The notes under the pieces were generated by a model. The model had not been told where the DNA came from, made no database searches, and was given only the letters and a program-made list of their open reading frames with translations. Below, piece after piece: positions 27,957-37,882 of a stretch of 64,000 nucleotides of DNA (within the stretch, counting starts at the first letter, position 1; every line of letters starts with the position of its first letter). The position numbers were made by a program, and so were the translations under genes. The stretch is from Candidatus Enterousia sp. GTDB taxonomy: Bacteria; Pseudomonadota; Alphaproteobacteria; Rs-D84. The stretch covers positions 1,528 through 65,527 of the forward strand of contig JAZNVR010000024.1 in the NCBI GenBank assembly GCA_045592905.1, read 5' to 3'.

Positions 27957-29888
27957 ATGAAAGATTGGATAAAAAATCAATTACAAAATTCCTTTTTATA
28001 TATACCATTTTTAATGGCATTTGGGGCGGGTATTTATTTCTGCAGTACAACAGAAATAAAAATACTGTACAGCATATGTTTATTTATTATTTCCTGTATT
28101 GGAATTGGCTATAATAAAACACCTGTATTATTGCGTGGTATTTGTTTTTTAGTTTTTGGTTTTTGCTATGCATCATTATTTACACATACCATAAATACGC
28201 CACGTATACCACACCACACAAACGCAAATGAACTGATTGGTATTGTTACAAATATTGATTTTTCAAATGACAAAAACAAGATTTTATTGACTGTTAATGG
28301 TCAAGACATAAATACAGTTGATAAGCCTGTTATAATTCGTCTGTCTGTAAATCCGGATATTTCATTACCAGACATTGGTGATACGATACAATTTAATGGT
28401 ACTGTTTATAAACCATCCGTTGCCAATGCGCCTGGAACATTTGACTTTGCACGTTGGACATATTTCAACCATATTACTGCAACAGGATATGCAGACAAAA
28501 TAACTGTAATTAACACTTCGGACACAAAAACCATTAACACGTTGCGTAATTTTTTACATAATAAATCTGAATCTTTTCTGACTGATACGTTGGTACTGGG
28601 GTATAAATCCGCAATACCAGAACAAGACCAGGAAATTTGGAAATCTACTGGGGTTGGACACATTTGGTCAATCAGCGGATTTCATATTACATTGGTTGGC
28701 GGTTGGATATTTGCGATTATATATTTAATATTCCGCAGTATTCCGTACATAACGAAACGTATACCCGCCAGGATTCCTGCAATAATAATTACTTGGTTTG
28801 GTTTACTGTTTTATTTATTTTTATCTGGTTCTGATGTTGCAACCATACGTGCATTTATCATGACCAGCTTGGCATTTATAGCGTTTATTTTCGGACGAAG
28901 TGTTATTTCTGTTCGTAATGTTGCATTGGCATTTTGTCTGATATTCTTAATAAACCCACACTATGTAATGCAGGCAGGGTTTCAACTATCATTTTCTGCT
29001 GTATTTGGACTGGTGTGGCTGTATACAGATGTTAAACCAAAGATGCCTAAAAATAAATTTATCAAGATAATCTATGCAATGCTTTTAACTACGTTTGTTG
29101 CGACAATATTCACAGCACCTTTTATTGCTGCACATTTTGGACAAATTCCAACGTACAGTTTATTAGGAAACATGATTTTCTTGCCGATATTCTCATTTGC
29201 AATTATGCCATTGATTATGATTGGTACAGTATGTGCCATCTTTAATATTATGTTTCCGATTCATTTTGCACACAGCATATATGATTTTGCGTATTCTATC
29301 GCAATATGGATTTCTGAATTACCAATGGCAAACATATATACGCCATATATATCAAATACCAACTTAACATTGTTTATCATCGGATTTATTTTTCTGATTC
29401 TTGTCAAGAACAACAAGATAAAGTTAAATTATATTTTATTTATAATGTTTATCTGTATGGGAATTATTGGAATATATATTGAACACAAGCCTGTATTTTA
29501 TTCAACGTATGACACTGAATTAGTTGGATTTGTTAAACCAGATGGACATCTGGAATTTAATAAAGCACGTTCATCAAAACACTATTTTGCATTTAATACA
29601 TGGAAACAAATTAATGGCGAACCAACCGACACAAAAAACATTCGTGCAAAACATACCCATGGCGTTTACAGATATAATACAGAAAAATTTAATTTGGTAT
29701 ATATACTAAAATTTACATCACTAATGAATAATATTTCGCAATTATGCAACGATGACAATGTTGATTTCATTGTTTCGTATCATGACATAAAATCAAAACA
29801 CTGTGGACACAAGATTTTACAAGGTGGCTTTGTAATATATCCAAATGGGGATATTACATATATACCCCGCAAACGTAAATGGAATTAA
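27957..29888 (+). CDS. comEC: ComEC/Rec2-family competence channel protein (no obvious metallo-beta-lactamase module)
   Basis: Polytopic membrane protein with ComEC-like N-terminal and competence-domain architecture. I did not see an HxHxDH motif in the roughly 150-aa C-terminal tail. Confidence 0.8.
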   Translation: MKDWIKNQLQNSFLYIPFLMAFGAGIYFCSTTEIKILYSICLFIISCIGIGYNKTPVLLRGICFLVFGFCYASLFTHTINTPRIPHHTNANELIGIVTNIDFSNDKNKILLTVNGQDINTVDKPVIIRLSVNPDISLPDIGDTIQFNGTVYKPSVANAPGTFDFARWTYFNHITATGYADKITVINTSDTKTINTLRNFLHNKSESFLTDTLVLGYKSAIPEQDQEIWKSTGVGHIWSISGFHITLVGGWIFAIIYLIFRSIPYITKRIPARIPAIIITWFGLLFYLFLSGSDVATIRAFIMTSLAFIAFIFGRSVISVRNVALAFCLIFLINPHYVMQAGFQLSFSAVFGLVWLYTDVKPKMPKNKFIKIIYAMLLTTFVATIFTAPFIAAHFGQIPTYSLLGNMIFLPIFSFAIMPLIMIGTVCAIFNIMFPIHFAHSIYDFAYSIAIWISELPMANIYTPYISNTNLTLFIIGFIFLILVKNNKIKLNYILFIMFICMGIIGIYIEHKPVFYSTYDTELVGFVKPDGHLEFNKARSSKHYFAFNTWKQINGEPTDTKNIRAKHTHGVYRYNTEKFNLVYILKFTSLMNNISQLCNDDNVDFIVSYHDIKSKHCGHKILQGGFVIYPNGDITYIPRKRKWN

Positions 29889-30616
29889 TAATCTGCACGA
29901 ATAAAATATAACCCAGATGCCGGTGCTGTTGGGCCAGCCATACTGCGATTTTTTGCATTTAAAATTTCATCAATATCATATGGTTTCCCCAGTCCAATTT
30001 CAATCAATGTTCCAACAATATTACGCACCATGTGATGCAAGAATGAACGTGCAGAAAATTCAAAAATTATTTCATCACCGCTTTGCGTAATTTTAATTTT
30101 ATCCAGTGTTTTTATTGGGGATTTTGCCTGACATTCCGACGCACGAAAACTGGTAAAATCATGATTGCCGATTAATTTCTGTGCTGCCACTTGCATTGCA
30201 TCAATATTTAATTTTCGTGGCACCCAATAAACACGATTTTTGTTTAATACAGGTGATGCACTGCGATTCAATACAACATACATGTAATGACGTGCCACAC
30301 AATCAAATCGTGCATTAAATGCATCCGATACAATTTCACAATCCAGAACAGATACAGGTTTATTATTTAGATAGAAATTCAATGCACGCATAACTGTATT
30401 TGCATCAAATTCACCATCAATATCAAAATGTGCAGTCATGGCAATAGCATGCACACCTGCATCTGTACGCCCTGCCCCAACGACATCGGGCCGCATACCA
30501 CAAAAACCATAAATTGCGTCTTTCATAATTGATTGCACAGATGGCCCCTGGCGGTTTTCCTGCCAGCCAATTAAATCTGTACCATCATATTCCAAGATTA
30601 CTTTATATCGTGTCAT
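29885..30616 (-). CDS. truA: tRNA pseudouridine synthase A
   Basis: GAGRTDAGVHA catalytic motif; 243 aa. Confidence 0.93.
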   Translation of the reverse strand: MTRYKVILEYDGTDLIGWQENRQGPSVQSIMKDAIYGFCGMRPDVVGAGRTDAGVHAIAMTAHFDIDGEFDANTVMRALNFYLNNKPVSVLDCEIVSDAFNARFDCVARHYMYVVLNRSASPVLNKNRVYWVPRKLNIDAMQVAAQKLIGNHDFTSFRASECQAKSPIKTLDKIKITQSGDEIIFEFSARSFLHHMVRNIVGTLIEIGLGKPYDIDEILNAKNRSMAGPTAPASGLYFIRADY

Positions 30617-30765
30617 TATCTTGTTTTGTGCTTAAAGCGATTACACCAACCATTTGCAGGCACCAGCATTGGCCCAACAATTTTTACAATTACACGTGGC
30701 CCATAATAGCAACCACCATCATCATAACGTTTACAATCTTCACATTTTTCTGAAATACAGCACAT
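30616..30765 (-). CDS. Small Cys-rich protein (49 aa), paralog of the adjacent 87-aa ORF
   Basis: Not in the ORF track. Reads MCCISEKCEDCKRYDDGGCYYGPRVIVKIVGPMLVPANGWCNRFKHKTR. AAGGGA RBS. Its stop overlaps the truA ATG (TAATG). Shares KCExC, DG.C and WCxxF motifs with its neighbour. Confidence 0.55.
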   Translation of the reverse strand: MCCISEKCEDCKRYDDGGCYYGPRVIVKIVGPMLVPANGWCNRFKHKTR

Positions 30766-30776
30766 AATTGTTTCCC

Positions 30777-31040
30777 TTATTTTAATCTTTGTGTCAAACC
30801 CTTAATTTTTTGGACCAGCAACTGCATACGTGTCATTTCTGGTTTTGTATTTTTTTGTTTGCTGAATGCATCAAAATGGTCGCACCAATCATCTGGTTTT
30901 ACATGACGCTTACCCAAAATAACACGCAAAATCCAACATGGATATTCACATACCAAGCCATCTGAACTGTTTTTATCGCCAGAATGTTGACAGTTTATAC
31001 AATTTTCACATTTTGATACCACATCAATTATAGACGACAT
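30777..31040 (-). CDS. Small Cys-rich protein (87 aa)
   Basis: KCENCINC..DGLVCEYPC..DDWCDHFD followed by a basic helical tail. Starts 2 nt after the fmt stop. Confidence 0.6.
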   Translation of the reverse strand: MSSIIDVVSKCENCINCQHSGDKNSSDGLVCEYPCWILRVILGKRHVKPDDWCDHFDAFSKQKNTKPEMTRMQLLVQKIKGLTQRLK

Positions 31041-31042
31041 AT

Positions 31043-31849
31043 CTATACCCCTATTTTTACTGGTTCACCACGAAGGCCATTTACAAAACTTTTCCAATCC
31101 ATCGGCTTTTTACCGGCCGGCTGTAATTGCAAAATTTCAAGTTTATCGCCATCTAAAACCGTAGATAAAATCTTGACATCAATGCCATTTATTTTTGTGC
31201 GACCCGCCCCCAACGCACGAACCTGATTATGAACTGCAACCGCACCGCGTGTCCAGTCAATTATTTCATCTGCACCTGTCCATTTTTTCGTGAATGTTGG
31301 CGTACCATTTTGCGGCACTGCACTGTATACATCAGGATTCATCAAGAAAGACAACAGCATATCAATCGCAATTTGTGATACACGTGTTTCAACACTGTCG
31401 TTTGTATCATTAATATCAATATCAAATTCACAACACTGATAAATATCACCGGCATCCATTTCTGATGTCATTTGCATCAAACATACGCCAGACTTTTTAT
31501 CGCCATTGTAAATCGCACTGCGAATTGGAGATGGGCCACGATATTGCGGCAACAAACTGGGGTGAATATTTACGCATGGTGCAGAATTTAATACATTATC
31601 ACGTAATATTACACCATACGAAATAACAACAACCATATCAGGTGAATAATTATATTCATTGATGTTCGTATGCAGCGTCAACCCATGTTCAACCGCCCAG
31701 TTATGCACAGGCGATGGCGTCAGTATCTGTTTACGGCCAACAGGTTTTGGTGCACGTGTAAACACCGCCATAATTTCATGACCAGACCGTCTGATTGCTT
31801 CAAAGATTGGCACAACAAATGCGTTTGTGCCCATTAAGACCAATTTCAT
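31043..31849 (-). CDS. fmt: Methionyl-tRNA formyltransferase (short, 268 aa)
   Basis: HPSLLPQYRG motif; canonical position after def. Confidence 0.9.
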   Translation of the reverse strand: MKLVLMGTNAFVVPIFEAIRRSGHEIMAVFTRAPKPVGRKQILTPSPVHNWAVEHGLTLHTNINEYNYSPDMVVVISYGVILRDNVLNSAPCVNIHPSLLPQYRGPSPIRSAIYNGDKKSGVCLMQMTSEMDAGDIYQCCEFDIDINDTNDSVETRVSQIAIDMLLSFLMNPDVYSAVPQNGTPTFTKKWTGADEIIDWTRGAVAVHNQVRALGAGRTKINGIDVKILSTVLDGDKLEILQLQPAGKKPMDWKSFVNGLRGEPVKIGV

Positions 31850-31850
31850 G

Positions 31851-32351
31851 TTATTTACGTTTTTTTACTTTTCTCATAACCATTTCACGACGTACAGGCG
31901 ACAAATAATCAACAAACAATTTGCCATCCAGGTGGTCTGTTTCATGTTGAACAATACGTGCAGGATTACCAGACATCTGGGCCGTTTTTTCATCGCCATT
32001 TTCGTCTGTCCATTGAACGACAACAGATTGCGGACGTGTAACATTTGCAAATACAGGCAAACCATTATTTCCCAACACAGACAAACACCCTTCTTCTAAG
32101 GTACAGGTATCATCGCTGTACGATAAAATCTGCGGATTAATCATACGATATACAATTTCTGTATCTGGGTCCATCATAACCAAAAATCTGGACAAAATAC
32201 CAACCTGGGGTGCAGCCAAACCAACCCCATTTTGCTGACGCATCATTTCAACCATTTCATCCATATCCGCCAAAATTTTAGGCGTAATAGTGTTAACAGG
32301 TTCGCATTTTTGACGCAAAACCAAATCACCACAAAGTTTCATTTGCAACAT
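31851..32351 (-). CDS. def: Peptide deformylase
   Basis: GVGLAAPQVG, EGCLS and QHETDHLDG motifs. Confidence 0.93.
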   Translation of the reverse strand: MLQMKLCGDLVLRQKCEPVNTITPKILADMDEMVEMMRQQNGVGLAAPQVGILSRFLVMMDPDTEIVYRMINPQILSYSDDTCTLEEGCLSVLGNNGLPVFANVTRPQSVVVQWTDENGDEKTAQMSGNPARIVQHETDHLDGKLFVDYLSPVRREMVMRKVKKRK

Positions 32352-32393
32352 TTATAAAACCTCTTATAATTAATCATAGCAAAGGATTATCAA

Positions 32394-33272
32394 ATGACAA
32401 CTTATATTTTTGTATTGCTGGGAATAATTATCGTTTTATTAGTTGTGCTGTTAATACGTAAACCAACTGTGGACATATCTGCACTGCGTGAAGACAACAT
32501 AAGATTACGTGAAAAACTGGCAGAACGGCTGGGGGCATTATCACAAAACGCAATTGAATTGAAAAATATCAGTGGCGATATTGCAAACTTTAAGAATGTT
32601 TTAATGGGAAACAAACAGGCACGTGGCACATTTGGCGAACGCCAACTGGAAGATTTGGTTCGTGATATCATGCCACCAGAAACATATGCATTTCAGTCTG
32701 TGTTGGAAACAGGGGTCAGACCAGACTGCATTATTCGTCTGCCGTATCCGCCAGGCGACATGATTATTGACAGCAAGTTCCCACTGGAAAGTTATAACCG
32801 TATGTTGGCAGATGCAAATGATGGTTTTGCACGCAAACAATTTGAACTGGATGTACGCAAACATATTGATACCATTGGTGAAAAATATATAATTTCCGGA
32901 AAAACAGCAGAATCCGCAATGATGTTTATTGCGTCTGAATCAATATTTGAAACATTACATCGTGAATTTCCAAACACAATTGAATATGCGGCACGCAAGA
33001 AAGTATTTATCGTATCACCATCAACCTTGTGGGCAACACTGAATACAATTCGTGCAGTTTTATCAGACATAAAAATAAAACGTGTTGCAGCCAAAATAAA
33101 AAAGGAACTGGATTTACTGTTAACCGATTTGGGTCGCTTATCTGACAGGGCGGAAAATGTTTCCAAACACTTTGCCCAGGCACAAAACGATATTGAACAA
33201 CTGCAAACATCTGTTTCTAAAATCGCACCACGTGCTGAAAAATTGCGTGACATGGATTTTGGCGAAAATTGA
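32394..33272 (+). CDS. rmuC: DNA recombination protein RmuC (short form)
   Basis: N-terminal TM/coiled coil, then an RmuC-like nuclease core (RPDCIIRLP..IIDSKFPL..FIASESIF..VFIVSPSTLWATL); AAAGGA RBS. Confidence 0.8.
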   Translation: MTTYIFVLLGIIIVLLVVLLIRKPTVDISALREDNIRLREKLAERLGALSQNAIELKNISGDIANFKNVLMGNKQARGTFGERQLEDLVRDIMPPETYAFQSVLETGVRPDCIIRLPYPPGDMIIDSKFPLESYNRMLADANDGFARKQFELDVRKHIDTIGEKYIISGKTAESAMMFIASESIFETLHREFPNTIEYAARKKVFIVSPSTLWATLNTIRAVLSDIKIKRVAAKIKKELDLLLTDLGRLSDRAENVSKHFAQAQNDIEQLQTSVSKIAPRAEKLRDMDFGEN

Positions 33273-33325
33273 CATTGATACAAAAAAACAATATAATTCC
33301 CCTTGTAAAATATTCGTGGAGGAAA

Positions 33326-33925
33326 ATGAAAAAATTTTTATTTGTTTTTTCGTTTATTTTATTGCCAATGTGTGCAAATGCCGCATATTGTTTAGTTATG
33401 TGTGGCACAAACGACACAACACAAAGTTTTTGTAACACCAAATCAAACTGGTGCGGTTCTTCAAGCGATACAACAATAGAATCTGTCGGTGTTAATCCGA
33501 ATAGTTTATCAACCCGTTATTGCACACCACTTTACGGTGCATTTGGTGGAACATTATCTGTAAACACATATATTGTATGCTATGCAACACCAGAAGAATG
33601 TATGTACACAAACTGGACTTCACAATCTGGTGGAAAGGAATTATTATCTGGTCACAGTTGTCGTGAAGACCATGTAAATACTGCTGCATCTGGTATGGCA
33701 AACAAATGGCGTTGTGCAAAGAATTATTATTGTGCAAATTGTACCGGTGGTATAGGATATAAAACAGGCAGTGTAGCAACAACTATCACATGTACCGCAT
33801 GTCCAAACAGCGGTTTAACATCAGGACCGGAAATGGATTCAATTACCGATTGCTATTTACCAGCCGGAACATTCGCAGATACAACAGGTACATACACCAG
33901 GGATAACTGTCCATATCAAAATTGA
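33326..33925 (+). CDS. Secreted Cys-rich protein (199 aa)
   Basis: GGAGG RBS; signal peptide MKKFLFVFSFILLPMCANA/AY; many Cys. C-terminal CxxC..CxxCP..C.LPAGTF repeats. Confidence 0.7.
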   Translation: MKKFLFVFSFILLPMCANAAYCLVMCGTNDTTQSFCNTKSNWCGSSSDTTIESVGVNPNSLSTRYCTPLYGAFGGTLSVNTYIVCYATPEECMYTNWTSQSGGKELLSGHSCREDHVNTAASGMANKWRCAKNYYCANCTGGIGYKTGSVATTITCTACPNSGLTSGPEMDSITDCYLPAGTFADTTGTYTRDNCPYQN

Positions 33926-33954
33926 AAAAATGCCCCAATGGGGCATTTTTATTT
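33925..33954. terminator. Bidirectional intrinsic terminator (Cys-rich gene / yidC)
   Basis: A6-ATGCCCC-AAT-GGGGCAT-T5. Confidence 0.75.
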
Positions 33955-35511
33955 GCCTTGACGCTTTATTATCTGCATTTGAATAATTCCAAACACATTT
34001 GACACAGTCCAATACAAAACCAACCCTGCTGGCATCCATGCAAACATTATTGTAAATAATATCGGCATCCAGCGCATCATACGCTGGGTCTGGGCAGTAA
34101 TATCATTTGGATTTGACGATTTACTTGGCGGGGTCTGTAAATATTGCTGTAACCACATTGTCGCACCCATTAATATTGGTAAAATGAAATATGGATCCAT
34201 GGCCGCCAAATCAGATATCCATAAAAAGTGTGCGTTACGCATTTGAACAGATACTAACAACGCCTTGTACAATGCAAAGAATATCGGTATCTGAATCAAC
34301 ATCGGCAAACAGCCTGCCATTGGCGATGTCTTGTGTGTTTGATACAGTTTCATCATTTCCATCTGCAAACGCATTTTATCGTTTGCATACAACTTCTGTA
34401 TACGTTGCATTTCAGGTTGCATTTTCTGCATTGCGACCATATTTACATAAGACTTTCTAGTTAATGGCCACATTAACAAACGCAACAGTATTGTCATTAT
34501 GATAATCGCAACACCATAATTCATAACAACATGATTAATGCCATTTAACACCCATAACATTGGACGTGCCAAAAACCAAAACCAGCCATAATCAATCGTA
34601 TCACCCAATCCAGCAATCCGCTGTTCTGCAATATTCAAAACATTTTGTTCACGTGGTCCCGTAAACACATTCGTTGTAACAATATTTGTTTCACCACTGG
34701 GGATATTTATTGTTGCAGTCGCAATATCAGAAATATATTTGTCCCCAGACTTCTTTACACGTATCGTCTGATCAGGACTGTTAACAGATACAATCGTTTC
34801 CCAATACTGGTCTGCAAACCCAGAAAATCCATTGGTCGTTGAATATGCATATGATTTTTTATCCAATTTATGCCATGGCATTTGTTCAATATCAGAATTA
34901 GCAAAAACAACCGCACCATTTGTTGTGCCAGATGCAGACTGCATATCATTTTCACGAACAATGCGTGCGTATGGCGATACAGAAATATTATGCCCAGATT
35001 TATTTTCAATTGTATCTGTAATTGTTATAACATATCCATCTGTCGCTATATCACGAGTAAAATTAACACCATCAGAATTACGCCATGTATATTTACCATT
35101 CTGTTCACGCCACACAGTATCCGCCACAGGCGATGTTGTACCAGTGGCCAATATTCCAACTTCTATAAAATTATCATCACCAGACAGCAATGTAACCTTG
35201 TCAGATGATTTTGGTGATGCAGCAAAATCATTCAAAACAACATTTGATAAACGTAATCCCTGAATATTTGCAGACATTTTATCAGATGTAATTGTATGTT
35301 GTGGCACACCAGACAAATCAACAGTACTAATATTTTCTGATACTGTTTGTATTGTATTCTTGGGCGACATAATACCGCCAATCAACCACCATACGGCCAT
35401 AAACACAACCATCCACCATAAAAAGCCAGAAAATCCAGACTTTTTATTCGCTGCATTTTTATTTGCATTCCACTGATTAAAACCAGAATTTCTATCCATA
35501 TACTGAACCAT
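33949..35511 (-). CDS. yidC: Membrane protein insertase YidC
   Basis: 520 aa with a large periplasmic domain and a conserved C-terminal 5-TM core (..MQKMQPEMQRIQKLY..GCLPMLIQIPIFFALY..). Confidence 0.93.
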   Translation of the reverse strand: MVQYMDRNSGFNQWNANKNAANKKSGFSGFLWWMVVFMAVWWLIGGIMSPKNTIQTVSENISTVDLSGVPQHTITSDKMSANIQGLRLSNVVLNDFAASPKSSDKVTLLSGDDNFIEVGILATGTTSPVADTVWREQNGKYTWRNSDGVNFTRDIATDGYVITITDTIENKSGHNISVSPYARIVRENDMQSASGTTNGAVVFANSDIEQMPWHKLDKKSYAYSTTNGFSGFADQYWETIVSVNSPDQTIRVKKSGDKYISDIATATINIPSGETNIVTTNVFTGPREQNVLNIAEQRIAGLGDTIDYGWFWFLARPMLWVLNGINHVVMNYGVAIIIMTILLRLLMWPLTRKSYVNMVAMQKMQPEMQRIQKLYANDKMRLQMEMMKLYQTHKTSPMAGCLPMLIQIPIFFALYKALLVSVQMRNAHFLWISDLAAMDPYFILPILMGATMWLQQYLQTPPSKSSNPNDITAQTQRMMRWMPILFTIMFAWMPAGLVLYWTVSNVFGIIQMQIIKRQGK

Positions 35512-35514
35512 GAT

Positions 35515-36051
35515 TTATTTACCACCCTTTATTGATTTAATACATTTACGACGTGCAATATACCAATTTAATAAATATAATCCAACGCCAACGACAATAC
35601 ATATATCTGCAACATTAAACGCAGGCCAATGTATTGCCCCAATATGAAAATCAAGAAAATCTATGACTGCACCAAAACGTACCCTGTCAATCAAATTACC
35701 AATTGCACCACCCGCAATTAAAGCCAACGGAATACGTTCATAACGTGCAGAACGTGCAAACAAATAATATAAAATACATCCAATAATAATTCCTGTGGCA
35801 ATAATTATAATCAATGGTGCGGTTTCACCCATCGCACGAAATAACGAAAATGACGTGCCTGGATTCCACGTAAATACAATATTAAAGAAATCAAAAACAT
35901 GTGCCATCAAATACGGCACAGGAACAACAGACCATGCAGGTCCAAACAAAACAACACCACCTGTAATCAGGTACAATAAAATACCCTTGGTCAACTGATC
36001 TAATATGACAGTCCCAAAAATAACAGATAAAATTAATGCAATTTTCTTCAT
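35515..36051 (-). CDS. lspA: Lipoprotein signal peptidase II
   Basis: LDQLTKG, NPGTSFSL, GGAIGNLIDR and FNVAD motifs. Start set at the internal ATG (MKKIALIL..). Confidence 0.88.
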   Translation of the reverse strand: MKKIALILSVIFGTVILDQLTKGILLYLITGGVVLFGPAWSVVPVPYLMAHVFDFFNIVFTWNPGTSFSLFRAMGETAPLIIIIATGIIIGCILYYLFARSARYERIPLALIAGGAIGNLIDRVRFGAVIDFLDFHIGAIHWPAFNVADICIVVGVGLYLLNWYIARRKCIKSIKGGK

Positions 36052-36107
36052 GATAACCTTTCCCATATATATAGGTTGAAATATAACAATATACAACTGC
36101 AAAATCA

Positions 36108-36140
36108 AATAAAAAGTCCTAGATGTCTTAGGACTTTATT
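36108..36140 (-). terminator. Intrinsic terminator after the kef-like gene
   Basis: AGTCCTA..TAGGACT stem with a + strand A5 run before it (= U-run in the minus-strand RNA). Confidence 0.6.
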
Positions 36141-36144
36141 CTTG

Positions 36145-37854
36145 TCAATCTTGCTTGTCTGATATAACTGTTGACAGTGCACTGTAACCTTCTGCACGCA
36201 TATCATTTAATAAATCTTCTATTTCTGAAACATGAATGCCAACATGCCCCAATACACTGGAACCCAACAAGAAAGATGATTCTATGGTTTCTGGCATTGC
36301 TATACTTACCCCTTCGGCAACCAACATCTTGGAATCTGCTAAATTTCTAGCCCTGGCGAAAATTTTCATACGTGGTGCAATAGATTTTATTGTTAAAATA
36401 GACTTTCTGGCGGTGGTCGCATTATCCAATGCAACAACAACACTTTTTATCTTGCGTGGGGACAATCCAAATTCTGTCAAAACATCTGCATGTGTTGCAT
36501 CACCATAAACAACGTTAAAACCCTGTTCACGCCCCATCATGACAGATGACACATCTAAATCAATTGCAATATATGGGATATCCTTGGCATCCAGCATCTG
36601 ACATACAATTTGACCAACACGACCAAATCCACAAACAATTACATCAGGATTTATAACAGAATCTGATTTTTCTAGGCCATTGGTATAACGATGCGGAAAT
36701 AATTTGCCCTTGCGTTGTAAATAATCATGCAAACATAACAATATTGGCGTTGCCATAATAGACAAAACAATTATCGCAGTTAATATTTCTTTGTGTGATA
36801 CAGGGATTATTTCTATACCACTGGATTTCATCGTTTGTAACATCAGCAATGCAAATTCACCGCCCTGTGCCAATATTAACGCAATCAACGTTGCGTTTGG
36901 AATGTCAACACCACGAACACGTGCCACCATAAATATTGCTAAAAACTTTATAACAATTAAACCAATCAAACCACCCAAGACAACATACCATTTTGACAAT
37001 ACTAAATCCAGGTTCAATCCCATGCCCAACGATATAAAAAACAATCCCAGGAATAATATTGCATATGGTGAAACCTCGGCCGTTATTTGATGACGATATA
37101 TCGTTTCAGACATCAACATACCTGCCAAGAAAGCCCCCAATCCAACTGGCAATCCCATTAAATCCAAAACAACTGCCCATAATGCGATATTTAACATAAC
37201 AGCCAATAAAAATGCTTCTTTGGATTTTAATTTTGCAACCCGACGCAATAATGGTGTCATAACAAAACGACCAATTAAAACAACGGCTATAATCAATGCG
37301 ATTGATATTACAAATACATCAATTGCCGCAGCACCTAAATTAAACGTTTTACCAGAAAACACAGGCAACATTGCCAATAATGGAATAGATAATAAATCTT
37401 GAAACAATAAAATTGAAAACGTTTGACGCCCCATATCTGTATTTAACTGATTTCTGTCTGTTAACAATTGTAAATCAGCAGATGTACTGGACATCGCCAG
37501 CATCAACGCCACCATTATCGTACCCATCAATGTCCAGTGTGTAATTCCAGCCAATAACGGGAACAACATAACAGCAACCATCAAAACCTGGGCGGCACCA
37601 AACCCAAATATCGTACGACGCAAACGCCATAATCTGGTTATATTTATTTCCAACCCAATATTAAACCATAAAAATAATATACCTAGTTCCCCCAAGAATG
37701 ACCATGTATCAGTTAATTCAAACAAATTAAATACATACGGTCCAGATAATATCCCTGCTAATAAAAATGCAACCAATACACCAACACGTGCGGTACGTAA
37801 TAAATAAACCAACACAAATACAATCGCTGTAAACAGCAACACAGATATGGACAT
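36145..37854 (-). CDS. CPA2-family K+/H+ antiporter (KefB/KefC-like) with a TrkA-N domain
   Basis: About 12 TM segments followed by a Rossmann-type VIVCGFGRVGQIV segment. Confidence 0.85.
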   Translation of the reverse strand: MSISVLLFTAIVFVLVYLLRTARVGVLVAFLLAGILSGPYVFNLFELTDTWSFLGELGILFLWFNIGLEINITRLWRLRRTIFGFGAAQVLMVAVMLFPLLAGITHWTLMGTIMVALMLAMSSTSADLQLLTDRNQLNTDMGRQTFSILLFQDLLSIPLLAMLPVFSGKTFNLGAAAIDVFVISIALIIAVVLIGRFVMTPLLRRVAKLKSKEAFLLAVMLNIALWAVVLDLMGLPVGLGAFLAGMLMSETIYRHQITAEVSPYAILFLGLFFISLGMGLNLDLVLSKWYVVLGGLIGLIVIKFLAIFMVARVRGVDIPNATLIALILAQGGEFALLMLQTMKSSGIEIIPVSHKEILTAIIVLSIMATPILLCLHDYLQRKGKLFPHRYTNGLEKSDSVINPDVIVCGFGRVGQIVCQMLDAKDIPYIAIDLDVSSVMMGREQGFNVVYGDATHADVLTEFGLSPRKIKSVVVALDNATTARKSILTIKSIAPRMKIFARARNLADSKMLVAEGVSIAMPETIESSFLLGSSVLGHVGIHVSEIEDLLNDMRAEGYSALSTVISDKQD

Positions 37855-37882
37855 TATTCTCTCTCTTCTCTTGTGTTATATA

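Noticed and set aside
32792-33283. 163-aa minus-strand ORF
   Set aside because: It is antisense to rmuC, whose translation has the family motifs.
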